Source of the DNA: a virus
IMG/VR virus record: IMGVR_UViG_3300044970_001982
Span: 32,001 to 96,000 of that record
DNA length: 64,000 bases
Direction: 5' to 3' (one strand)
Notes under the pieces: model-generated
What the model was told of the DNA's origin: nothing
Databases searched by the model: none
The model's input: only the letters and a program-made list of their open reading frames with translations
Program-made: the position numbers and the translations under genes
In this document: positions 27,851-39,100 of the stretch, in pieces
How the letters are laid out: each line of letters begins with the position of its first letter
Numbering within the stretch: the first letter of the stretch is position 1

Positions 27851-30130
27851 TTACGGATTAGTAAACAATTGACCATTCAGCCATTGATCAATGTATGGCC
27901 TAGACCAAACTGTATCTCCAAATGTAGCTGGGTCATCACGATAAACGGCTTTGACCCATTCTTTAAGATCATTTTCTGTTTTTCCTATAGTTTTATAAAC
28001 CTCTACACAATGCACAAACTGTACACCGCTTATCCATCCATAAGGTTGCTTCCCCCTATAGTCTCCCCATGCCCCAAATTGATAACCATTAGAAGGTTGG
28101 GTTCCCAATCTCTGTAGGCCAAACTGAGGAGGCTGTCCAGTTCTAAATGTATATAAAGCCCATGCCTGATTAATCGGTATCCAAAATCTATGATCAACCA
28201 ACTCTCTCATGATCTCTACAGTTGCATTGTAACTTCCTGTATAAAATCTTAGTGTTTCATATTTTTCTGTCATAACTCTATTGTAGTTATCTATGGTTGG
28301 TTTTGTTTCTCCAGGAAAAACAGTGTCCCAGTTTTTAATTGCAATTTGCCAACCTTGAAGAAGTTCTTTACCATTAGAATCTGTTAATTCATATGTTTTT
28401 TTTCCATGAGCTGCTCCAGATGAGGCGCTGGTGCTAACTTCACCTTGTCTATTTTTTCTATAACCACCAACTCCCATGTTTATTTGAAAAATACCTAAAG
28501 ACATAAAGTCTCCACTAAGTGCATTTGGATTGCATGATGTTGGGTGGCCATTACTTTCTCTAACTATAATTCCAGCAAATATAGCAGCTACTTCATCAGA
28601 GAAAGCTGTTGTCCTTAACATATTAAATACATCTAAACGAGTTAGCTCAGCACCCCAGTCACCATAATAATTTTTTCTTATATTCTCTGGAGTTGGATTA
28701 TATGGAACAACGCCTATTCCTGGAATTTCCACATTTATAGTCCCATACGTAGATGTCCCTCCTGATGTTCCTGTACCAGTATTCGTTCCAGCAATTGCCA
28801 TTGCTCCTCCAGGGCCAACATATCTACCAGATCTCATACCGCTAAAACTAAGGTGTATGTGATTTCTATGGTCAGCATCTCCCATAAAGTTAATATACTC
28901 TAGATATGGTTTATTTAACTTTAAAGCAGATGTCATTGGTTCAAGGCCAGAATCAAGAAGTCCATAATCAGAAATTAAATCACTACTAACAACAACCAGA
29001 TCTGGCAATAGATATTGGGGAACCTCAGCCAAAGCTTCAATTAATATTTGAACAGCCTTATCGTAGGTTTCTTTTGGCGGAATAGTAGATAGTTCTATTA
29101 TTTCTCCATTTATTTTTCCAACCCGCTTAATATCTATTGCTCTACCAAAAACATGATCGCTTAAAAATGTCCTGTCTTTTCCTGCTGCAACAGCTTTGTC
29201 ATAATATCTTTGCGGACTTCTTCCAGCATCTAAGCCACCACCTATGTATATATTTTTTTCATGCATAAGTAACAAAAATTCTATTAAGGCTGGGCATATA
29301 TATGCGTTTGCTCCGCCACCAGGTGAGTCTAAAATTACATCACTTGATAAAAATCTTTCTTCACTAGGAATTTTTGCGTCAGGGAAGAATGTATCTTCGC
29401 CATTACCTATTCTTATTGGTCCATTCGCCCATTCATTTGGAATGTCAAATCTAAATCCACCTATTTTAGCGTTGTCTGAAATAACTGACTCATATTTACT
29501 TCTAAGAAGTGTTAATCTTTCTTGAAACCAGGCGTTTTCTTCTGCTGACAATTCTGATATATATGCAACATTTCTTTTTCCAGCGCTTTGCATTTCTGCA
29601 CTTGGCTGACCTGCATTTCCGTTTTTAGAGTTATTTCCACTATCGCCAGTTGCTGCAGATTCTCCAAGTTTTCTTTCAATTTCAATCTGCTGCATATTTT
29701 GTATGGACTGATCTACGAATGAGGCTCCTAGGTTTTTTCCGGCTATAGATTGAGCTATTATTCTATTATAGGCTGCGGCACCAGTTAATTTTATACTATC
29801 TTCACTTTCATATTGTGTTTCAGGATTGTTAACGGGTTGATCAAAAGATTCGCTAGCAACAGATGCTCCACCAGTTATTAGTGTATTAAGTGAAGTAGAC
29901 ACAGACATACTTAAAGCTTTTGTTGCGTATTTTGGATGCCTATTAAAGATATCTCCATTTATCATGGAGCTAACAGTTGAGGTACTTAAGGTTCTACCTA
30001 AAACTGGAGCAGCTTTTGAAGCGCTTGTATTTTTTACTGGAGACTTTCCACCAGGATAATAATCATTAAATACTGTATTTGCAAAAGATACAGAATCAGA
30101 CAGAGCTGCATTATTAATATTAAAACTCAC
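27851..30130 (-). CDS. Tail-associated peptidoglycan hydrolase: M15-like Zn peptidase plus lysozyme-like transglycosylase domain
   Basis: SDHVFGRAIDI (SxHxxGxAxD) and NHIHLSF zinc ligands; IIVRESNG...SLGIFQIN (ES and GxFQ motifs); GTG start with AAGGAG RBS. Confidence 0.8.
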   Translation of the reverse strand: MSFNINNAALSDSVSFANTVFNDYYPGGKSPVKNTSASKAAPVLGRTLSTSTVSSMINGDIFNRHPKYATKALSMSVSTSLNTLITGGASVASESFDQPVNNPETQYESEDSIKLTGAAAYNRIIAQSIAGKNLGASFVDQSIQNMQQIEIERKLGESAATGDSGNNSKNGNAGQPSAEMQSAGKRNVAYISELSAEENAWFQERLTLLRSKYESVISDNAKIGGFRFDIPNEWANGPIRIGNGEDTFFPDAKIPSEERFLSSDVILDSPGGGANAYICPALIEFLLLMHEKNIYIGGGLDAGRSPQRYYDKAVAAGKDRTFLSDHVFGRAIDIKRVGKINGEIIELSTIPPKETYDKAVQILIEALAEVPQYLLPDLVVVSSDLISDYGLLDSGLEPMTSALKLNKPYLEYINFMGDADHRNHIHLSFSGMRSGRYVGPGGAMAIAGTNTGTGTSGGTSTYGTINVEIPGIGVVPYNPTPENIRKNYYGDWGAELTRLDVFNMLRTTAFSDEVAAIFAGIIVRESNGHPTSCNPNALSGDFMSLGIFQINMGVGGYRKNRQGEVSTSASSGAAHGKKTYELTDSNGKELLQGWQIAIKNWDTVFPGETKPTIDNYNRVMTEKYETLRFYTGSYNATVEIMRELVDHRFWIPINQAWALYTFRTGQPPQFGLQRLGTQPSNGYQFGAWGDYRGKQPYGWISGVQFVHCVEVYKTIGKTENDLKEWVKAVYRDDPATFGDTVWSRPYIDQWLNGQLFTNP

Positions 30131-33100
30131 TAGATCACTCTCCTTGGCATAAGGGCTGATTCTTCTGCAGAAATAACAGACTCAGATTCTATCTGCACTT
30201 GCTTAGCGTATACTTGAGCTAAATTATTGGATACTAGTTCCCAGTTTAATGTAACTGGATATCCATCTTCATAATATTCATCCCAGAATATAGTAGGCCA
30301 TTCGCTTGTTTTTTCGTAAGTTGCGTTTAAGATTCTGTATGCAACTAGAGCATTATACAGTTTAACTACGTCATCTTCAGATATTCCATAATTGGTCTGA
30401 GCGTTGTCTCTTAAATATTCGGGAGCAAAGTAAGACAATTTACTATTAATAATTTCATTATATATTGAAAGTTTCTTTACATTCATTGGAGAATCTTCGT
30501 AAATTCCCTTAAAGAACTCTAAACATATAAGATTATTAATTGAGTCTACACTTCCTATATTTTTTTCTTTATTCTTTATAAAGCAGGATGTAACAAATTG
30601 TTCGGCCTGTTGAACAACTGATTCGGGCTGGTAATACCAAATTGTGCCCAAAACTCTTTCTGATGCGGTGACGTCCTTGGCATAATTTGCCACTGTATTT
30701 TCATTTGCACCGGGTTGAAATTGTTGCTCAAATATAACATCATCAGTTGCTGAGTTACTTATTTTTGTTCTAAGAACAAATATTCTATTCTTAAGCTTTT
30801 CTTCTGTATAGAGTTTTGCCCTTCCACCAGGAGTACTTATTGAAGTAAGCTGCGTTTGATTATCTTGATTACCTGGTTCATTTGGAATGCCGCCAACTCT
30901 AATTGTATTAGTTTCTCCAGTATTTATTCCATCAAATCTAACCTTAAATGTAGATCCAGAAATTATATCTTGAACCCAGAAAGTGTCACCGTCAATAAAT
31001 TCGGTAACTTTTACGATCACCCTGAATAGTGATGGTTGGAGATCTGCTTTTTCTGGACCAAGACCGCTTAATTGCAAAACTCTTGCGTGTGTTATTGCAT
31101 TTTCATAGTCTATATGTCTAACTAAATCTTTTATTTCTACTTCTTGCCAGCCAAGACTCTTTAATAAATCGTCACTTCTAATGAATACATTTCCTTCTGG
31201 AGTTTTTACTTTAGTTCTTGCTCCCAACAAACCTGGAAGAAGTGCCTTGGAATGATATCTACCTACAACCATGCCTTGATTATATGACAAGCCGGCATCC
31301 ATTGGCTGGCCATTCTTATTTAGGTATTGTATATAACAACCATGCTGATCAAGTACGTTGTCCCTAATCCATTTCCAGCCCTTCCAAGCTAGCTGTCCAA
31401 CTATAGGAAGTGCAATTGCTGCGGCTGCTCCGCCTGCTGCAGCTGCTATTAGGCCAGAACCAGCTATTAATCCACCAGCAACTGCCTTAAATCCAGTATC
31501 TGAACCACTCTTATTTGCGTCAATTAACTGTTGAGCTTTTTGTGGTAATGTTAATGCAGTTTGATTAGCCATAATATCTTTAACTAAAGATGTAGATCCA
31601 TGCGTATATTCAATTCCACCCATCATTTGTGGCATTAGGGCATCTGATAGGGCGTCTACTGATATATCACCGCCAACATTTATTCCAGTATTTGACGCCA
31701 TAATATTGTCTATATAGAATCTAGTATCATTTCTAATATTTTGTAGCCCCAGCCAGGATCTTAACCATGAAGATAGGAACCAGCGCGATGGGTCATTAAC
31801 AGTAACTAAAGCGTTGGGTGTAATTGATGTTATGTAGCCCATTTCCGGAGTAAAGTGATGAACAACCTGTTCAACTTCAAATAGTCCATACATTCTTTCA
31901 TAGACGTCTGAGAGATATACTAGGTCATGCGGTCTAATATCTGCATTTCCTATGATGATTAGTTCGCCACCATAAATATCTTTAATAGATTCTTTTAGGT
32001 GTGCTAGTGCTATTCTTCTAGCAGACAATTCATCTGGTGTACCTTGAGCATTTTTTGCCACTCCTCTAAATGTTTCAAGGGGATGCATTAATGGGTGCAG
32101 TACTCCAAGGAATCCAGAACCAATCATATTGTCATAATATATTCCTGTTTCAACAGTTATTTCAGTTTGACGTTCTGGTGGCGCACCTTTATCAAGAGCG
32201 ACTGTAACCGGATGCTTTCCATCTGATACCGCAGTAACTACAGTTGCTACGTTATTTAGATTCTCTTGTATTTGATTTGAAATAATATGCGAGAAAGAAC
32301 TAACGTAATGTAGTCGCTGAAATGGCTGTCGTACTTCTAGTACTGGTTCGCCATATTCTCTTGTGAATGGATTATCTACTGCTCTTAATAAAGTGCCAGG
32401 TCTACCCAAGGAATAATAAATTGAATCATTTAAAACCTTATTTAAGATATGTGCTTGTTTTCCAAAGTTTCCAACTTCAGATATAGCGTAACCCATCTGC
32501 ATCATGTTTAATTTAAACATTCCGAGAAGTCCACTAAGACCATCCCCAATTGCAGTAAATATTGGTCCTATATTTCTTTGATAGAAGTCAGATACGTCTT
32601 CACCTATTCCACCTATCCAAGTTGAAGAATTGCTACCCTCTGAAGCGGTAGAAACTAGTAGCTGTAGGAATTTTTCGCTACCTTTTGCATACTGCGAATA
32701 TGGACTTATGAATGCTTCGAAAACCTTATCTACTGGCTTAAATGACCAAGAGCCTTCTGAGCCCTTACCGTTTCCAAAAGGACCTTTCTTTCTGTCTGGC
32801 TTGAGAACTAACCAAGCTCTACCATAAGCTGTGCTCCAAAGTTTTTGCCTAAACAATCCAACCATTAATAAGAATAACTGCTTAGGTGTTTTTATTTGAT
32901 CCGATAACTTTATTGCCTCACTCTGATTATCGGTATTCTCAATAGAATACTGCAGTAGGTTATTTATTATTTGGTTTTCAAAAAAGTTAACTCTAATATT
33001 ATCTAAAGATTTAGATATAACATTATTAAAGTATTCAATGACACCAGCATCTCCGCTTATTCCCTGACTTGTTGCATCAATGTAATTTGTTCTTATAAAT

Positions 33101-36100
33101 TCTATTGTTTGCTTCCTGGCTTCTAATTGAGAAGTTCCTTGTTGCGTACCTTGCCTATTAGAGTCTGTAAAGAAATCTGCGCCTAACAAGATTACTAGTT
33201 CATCAACACCAGTATTTTCTATATTTCCTACATTTTCTAATCCAGGTACATCTACAGTATTATCTGAAAAATTAGAAAATATTTTTGAATTAGTTTTATC
33301 TAAAATTCTCTTGAATTCTTCAGGGAACTCTGTAGTGTCGTCAGGATCTAAACCATATGTTTTTGCAAATATATTTTTTACACTTTCGTATGTGTGGTAA
33401 CCAAATCTAAATTGATCCCATATATCATTAGCCTGTGATAGAGTTCTGCCGTTTCCGGCTATAACAGATACGTTTGGATCAAAATTTTCATCATAGAATG
33501 ATCGCGCCTCAACACTAACAGAATCCATCATGGAATAAACTGGAGCAAATCCAACTCTTCCAGAACCAGTATCGTCGTCTCCAGTTGTATATAGTTCGCC
33601 ATCTAATCTGTCATACAAAGTACTTCTACTTAAAACATCTGTATCATTAGATATTTTTGTAATATCTAATATGGCTTCAAAATATCCCAGGTCATCACCG
33701 CTCTTAAGAACATTTCCACCATATGTATAATCAATATCGGAAATACTTGCATTAGATGCTGACCACTCTGCAAATATTCCACTTGATTCTGCTAATTGTC
33801 TTTCTAAACTATCAGCTGAACCTGTTAGCTGTTTTCTTTGAGCAGTTAGAGTTTCTCCATTTGTTGCCGTGTAGTTTCCAAATCCAATAATATACTCTTC
33901 ATTAACAGCTTTATCATCGCCAACTAAAAATCTCTTTACTGGCGCTAATTCAGAAGATACTACTCCAACTGGAACATCATCCGGAACAAACGCAAAGAAG
34001 CAATCTACTAGCCTTGGTTGAATTGCAATTCCACTAGACTCTTCTAATGTATATAGTGGATTTCTAGAATCGCCGCCAGAATGTTTAAAATTTATAGAAA
34101 CGTCTTCTGATTCAGTTGATCCGATACTAGCCCAATTTGGTAAATTATTTTTTAATTCATCAGGAACTTTATCTACTAAACTAGAGACAAGTGAGCCTAA
34201 GTACCAGGCGGCATCGGGAGAGACCACGGCAGCAACGTCTTCATCTGAATCTTCACCCCACATAAAGTATGCTGGTGCGCATACAACTGCCCTTTGAGTT
34301 AATGGGCTAAATACTAAAACTTTTCTATTTTTATAGTCTTCCGCAGTACCATAGAGGTTTACAAAACCATACTGTTCCTTAAACTTTTCTAGAGATTCTC
34401 CTTGTATTAATTTATCAGAAGAACCTGGTTTATATGGCCATTTCATAGCAATATAAAACTGCTCTTCCAATAGACCCTTAGGAGAACCCCATTCTTGATA
34501 CGATATCTGCTCATTTAATTCATATTCAAAAGAATAATCATCTGCATTTTCAGCAGCGTCTATCGTTGTTACTGTTAACGCTCCAATATCATTTTCTCCA
34601 CCACTAGCAAATATTGATACTGATGGTAGTGGCATTCTTACTATGTTTATTTCTCCAAATAAACTTTGTTCACCAAGATTTAATTGATCTGTTAAACTAG
34701 CTAGACCTAAAGGTCTATCTAATTCATAGGTAATTTCAGAAGATGGTATAATCGTTATGGAGTTTTCTTTTATAAAATTAATTTCCTCTTGCATCAATGC
34801 AAGAATGCCCTTTGTAAACTCCAGCCCTCCCGATACGCCTGTTTTTACAGTATCTCCATCTTCTACATATCTATCTATTAAATCATCGGTAGCTATTTCA
34901 ACTGAGCCTACCTTAAGAGAAACTGGGAAACCTTGTGTATCTGCACGAAGATCTATATATGTTCCTTCTAATAATCCACCATCTCGAATCTCTGTTGAGT
35001 ACTTATTGAGTATTACATTTTCATTAACAGTATAAAATGGGTATCTAAATCTTATTGGAAGGTTGTCTATTTGAGCATGACCCTGAGCATTGTCGTTTCC
35101 TCTGTCTGCAAATGTTTTAGTTGGATCTCCTACGGGTAAGTGAAATCCCATTCTAACTTTTCCAACATTTACTGGTAATTTACAAACTACGTTATAAACT
35201 CCATTCTCATTTCTTTCCGAATAAGAAGATGCCAAATTAGAATTAAAGTTAATCAATCTACCATTAACAGATGCAGTTGGGGCATATATTCCTCTGGAAT
35301 TAACCTGATCTTGCACCAAATCAGATATAACATCTGAAAGTTCAGTTGATCTCTTAAAGGCCTCATAATCTGCTAAAGAGTTGGTTTGTGAACTTACTTG
35401 ATTAATAATATTTTCTATATCATTATTTGGCTGAACTATCTTTGGATATCCAGGAAGATTTAGCTGAGCCGCTTTTTCGTCACTTGGAAAACCCGTTGTT
35501 ACTGGAACTACACCAGAAGTATATAGCCAATGTGGTTTTCCGTAGAAAATTGTTGATCTATCTTCAAATGGTCTAACTGCAACTATGTAGTTTGGAAGTA
35601 GACGTGCACAGGTTTGGAATAAATCCCAAACAGTTCTCATGTATGTTTGAGCCCTAAAGGATACCTCATCAAATCCCTGCAAATCATCGTCAGCGTTGGG
35701 CGATATAATTCCCATAGTTCTAAATAAGTTGTTTCCACCACGCCCCCTTAGAAGACCAAATAGTCCTGCACCAGCTACTGCGCCAGCTACTGGATTTAGT
35801 GCTGCAAGGCCTATTGTTGCAGCACCTTTAAGGACACCTGCGACCAATCCAGCTCTACCTTCAGCGGAAACTAACTTATTGTCTTCTACTAAGTTTTCTA
35901 TTGTTTGAGTAGATGCGGTTGAACCAAGTTCTGCTTCTACTATTAAGCGGTTCCAAGATCTATCTGTAGCGGATTCAATATATCTTTGGCCAGCAAGTCT
36001 AAGACTATCAGTTGAATCCTGTGAAAATGAAGAAGCTGTAGACCAACCATCATCAAGGTCTCCTCCAAGGAATTGAGCAAAGCCCGTTCCATTTCCTGGA

Positions 36101-39100
36101 TAAATATTTCTCTTAAATAATTCTAGGTCTACATCAGAGCAATAGTTAGAGACTAGTTGACCCATACTAGTCATTAAGCTACCATTGCCGAATAGTCCAC
36201 TAACGGGATCTCTACTGAAAACATTAGAAATTCTAAATGCTGCGGAGTTAGCTGCTCCTCCAATATTTAGTTCAGAAAGATTATTATAAACTCCGGCAAC
36301 TGTTTGTCTAATTCCATCTGCACGAGCTCTTTCTATATCATTAAGTGGCTCATACAACATTGTGCCGAAGTGTCTAATGCCGAATCTATTTTCAGAAAAT
36401 ACGGTTCCGTTAGTTGCTCTTGCATAGGCTTCCTTAAATCTACTGGCACCCATGCTAAGAAGTCTAACCATAAGATCTCGTGGCTCCGATAGATACATTC
36501 CAGTATCTACTCCACCATCTATTTTTCCAGTATCTCCCTTTTTATTAGTTGAGTTAACTACAGCGCCTAGCTCAATTGCATCTGATTGAGCAGTGATTGT
36601 TACAATCTCTCCCTGCTCAACATTTGTTATCACTCCATTGAAAACGGTTTGCAAAGAATTTGGATTTGCTCCATATCCACATCTTAAGTGAACTCTAACT
36701 CCTGGCTTGAGTCTTATATTGTTGATATCAACAACATAGTTATTTCTCATTCCAGAAATAATATTTCTAGCGACATTTAATGTTCTATCAAGTATTGCAC
36801 TTATGCCATCGGTTAGATTCAAAGGATCATTGCTGAATTCATCATTATTTGCATTAAATATTTCTGTGGATGGCCGAGTTGTTAACTTAGAATACATATT
36901 TGACATTCTTAAAATAAGAGTGTCACCCAAAAGATCTTCAGAACTTACAACAGAAAAATCAACAATAGATTGTAGTCCGTAGAAATTATCAAATAATTTA
37001 ACACCTGCAAACATTCCACCTTCATCTATTAACCACAGCATGTAAGTTGGAAAGGCTCTAAGCATTCTTCCGGAGATGTCGCGATACTGAATATCATTTA
37101 ACATTTTCTCCATATGGCCGTTAAAGTCACCGCTATATGCTTGCTGATATTGATTCAGTGAACTAACTCCAGCTACTCCTGTTAGAGAGTTTGTGCATCC
37201 CCTATCTGGTGTTTGTGTATCTTCTACGAAATTAGATTGTAACTTTATTTTTGTTCCATTAGAACTATTCTCATCATTTTCTATAGTTACATTGGATCCA
37301 TCTATTGTTAGATAAAATCTTCCATTTTCTTTATTGATATATCCAAAATGAGTTCCAAGTGCAGTCTGCATAAAAGCTGGGATTTCATTTGGATTCTGTT
37401 CTTCTGGATCCATTCCGGGAATTATTGTTATTACTTTATGAAACTCTACTTCATCAGGATCAAAGCTAACTTGGGTTTCATTTTCTAAATGAGAATTAGC
37501 TAAAATATATTTTATTAGATCTTCTGTAGATGTATTTGTTACGCCAACGTTTCCCACTAAATATGGAGCACCGTTTATGTCTTCAAATATTTGCAAATCT
37601 TCACTTGAAGAAGCTGATAAAAAGATAAAATCAGTCAGCAGTGCTTGTTTCCTTACTGATGACTGCCCTTCTGTATTTGCAGAAACAACATCCTGAAATA
37701 TGCTTACAAAATTGTGGACACTAATTCCAGTACTCTGAACATAGTCAATCATTTCGTTTATTAACTGCTCATTAGTAAGTGCCCTTTGCTCTCGGGCATC
37801 TTGGTTATTAGCGTTTGTATAGGAATATCTTGTAATAAAATCTAATATTGTATTTCTAACTGATTGTATTTTTCTCTCTAAGTTATCAGATGTCCCCAAT
37901 GCCCAGTCATCTGAATTATCAAATTCAAACTTTTCAGTTAGATCTAATTGTATTTTTGTATTGTTAATAATATCAGAATCAAACATTGAGAAACTTCTAA
38001 AATAGAAGTCTGGATCTAGATTACCTACAACGCCCCCGTCCTTGTCTTTTATGGACAAAGGAAGATCTGGATACGCATTGAAAGATCCCCACATCTGCTT
38101 AATTCTTAAGAATGGATTTCTTTTTGTTCCAAAATGTTCTATTAATTTTGTTTGTTGGTCTGATGATATCTTCTCTCTTTTTTGCTGGAATATATCAAAG
38201 TCAACAAAACTTAACTGAACAGAATAAACATGTGGATAGTTGGGTATTGTATCTACTCTATAGTTAAGAGGTAATACATACTTAACTCCAGCTAAAGCTG
38301 ATATGATATTTTTAATTCCTAGGAAACCTATAACACCGGTAGAGTGCTCTAATCTAGCTAAACCATTTGCATGATCGAAAATATTCTTTATTTTAATTAA
38401 TTCTTTTTCACCAAAAACAGTTAAAGAAATATTTATATATGTATCTTTGCCACCTATAAATTGATAAGTTGGTTCGTCCTGCATTTGAACTTGCAGCTTT
38501 GCCAAATTGTTACCCATAGTAACGCTTACACCATTAACAATGGCCTCTTTAGGGTTTAGGTCAACTCTAGTCATAGGAACTTCCCATTCGTTAAAATGGT
38601 AGTCACCTTCTCTTAATCGAACTGCTTCCATTAAGTTCTTTACGAATCCATCCTTAAAGAATCTTTCATATAGATTTACCTGGAAAGCGTCAGTTATTTG
38701 TTGACGAATTTTATCTTGATCTACTTCAGTAATACCAGTGCTCTTTTGTTGACGAAGAACTTCTTGATTAACCAATTCATCTACTATTGATCCAGAGGCA
38801 GACGACTCATTGTAAATAGAGTACTTAATATAATTAAGACTTGCGTTATCTCCTTCTGGATTTTTAACAATCTCATTATTTCTATAATAAGATTCAGAAC
38901 CAATTGTTGGATATTGATTAAAATGAAGAGATGGAATTGCATTTTCGCCAGGATAATTTCTTAACCAACTTGCTTGTTCTGAATCTATTCTAGTTATATT
39001 TTCTGAAATAAATGATTGTACTTTATACGCATATACTTTTTCTCTAAAGTCGTCAGTACTGGTGCCTGCTGTCATAATGTCAATTGCTTGACGAACAAAC

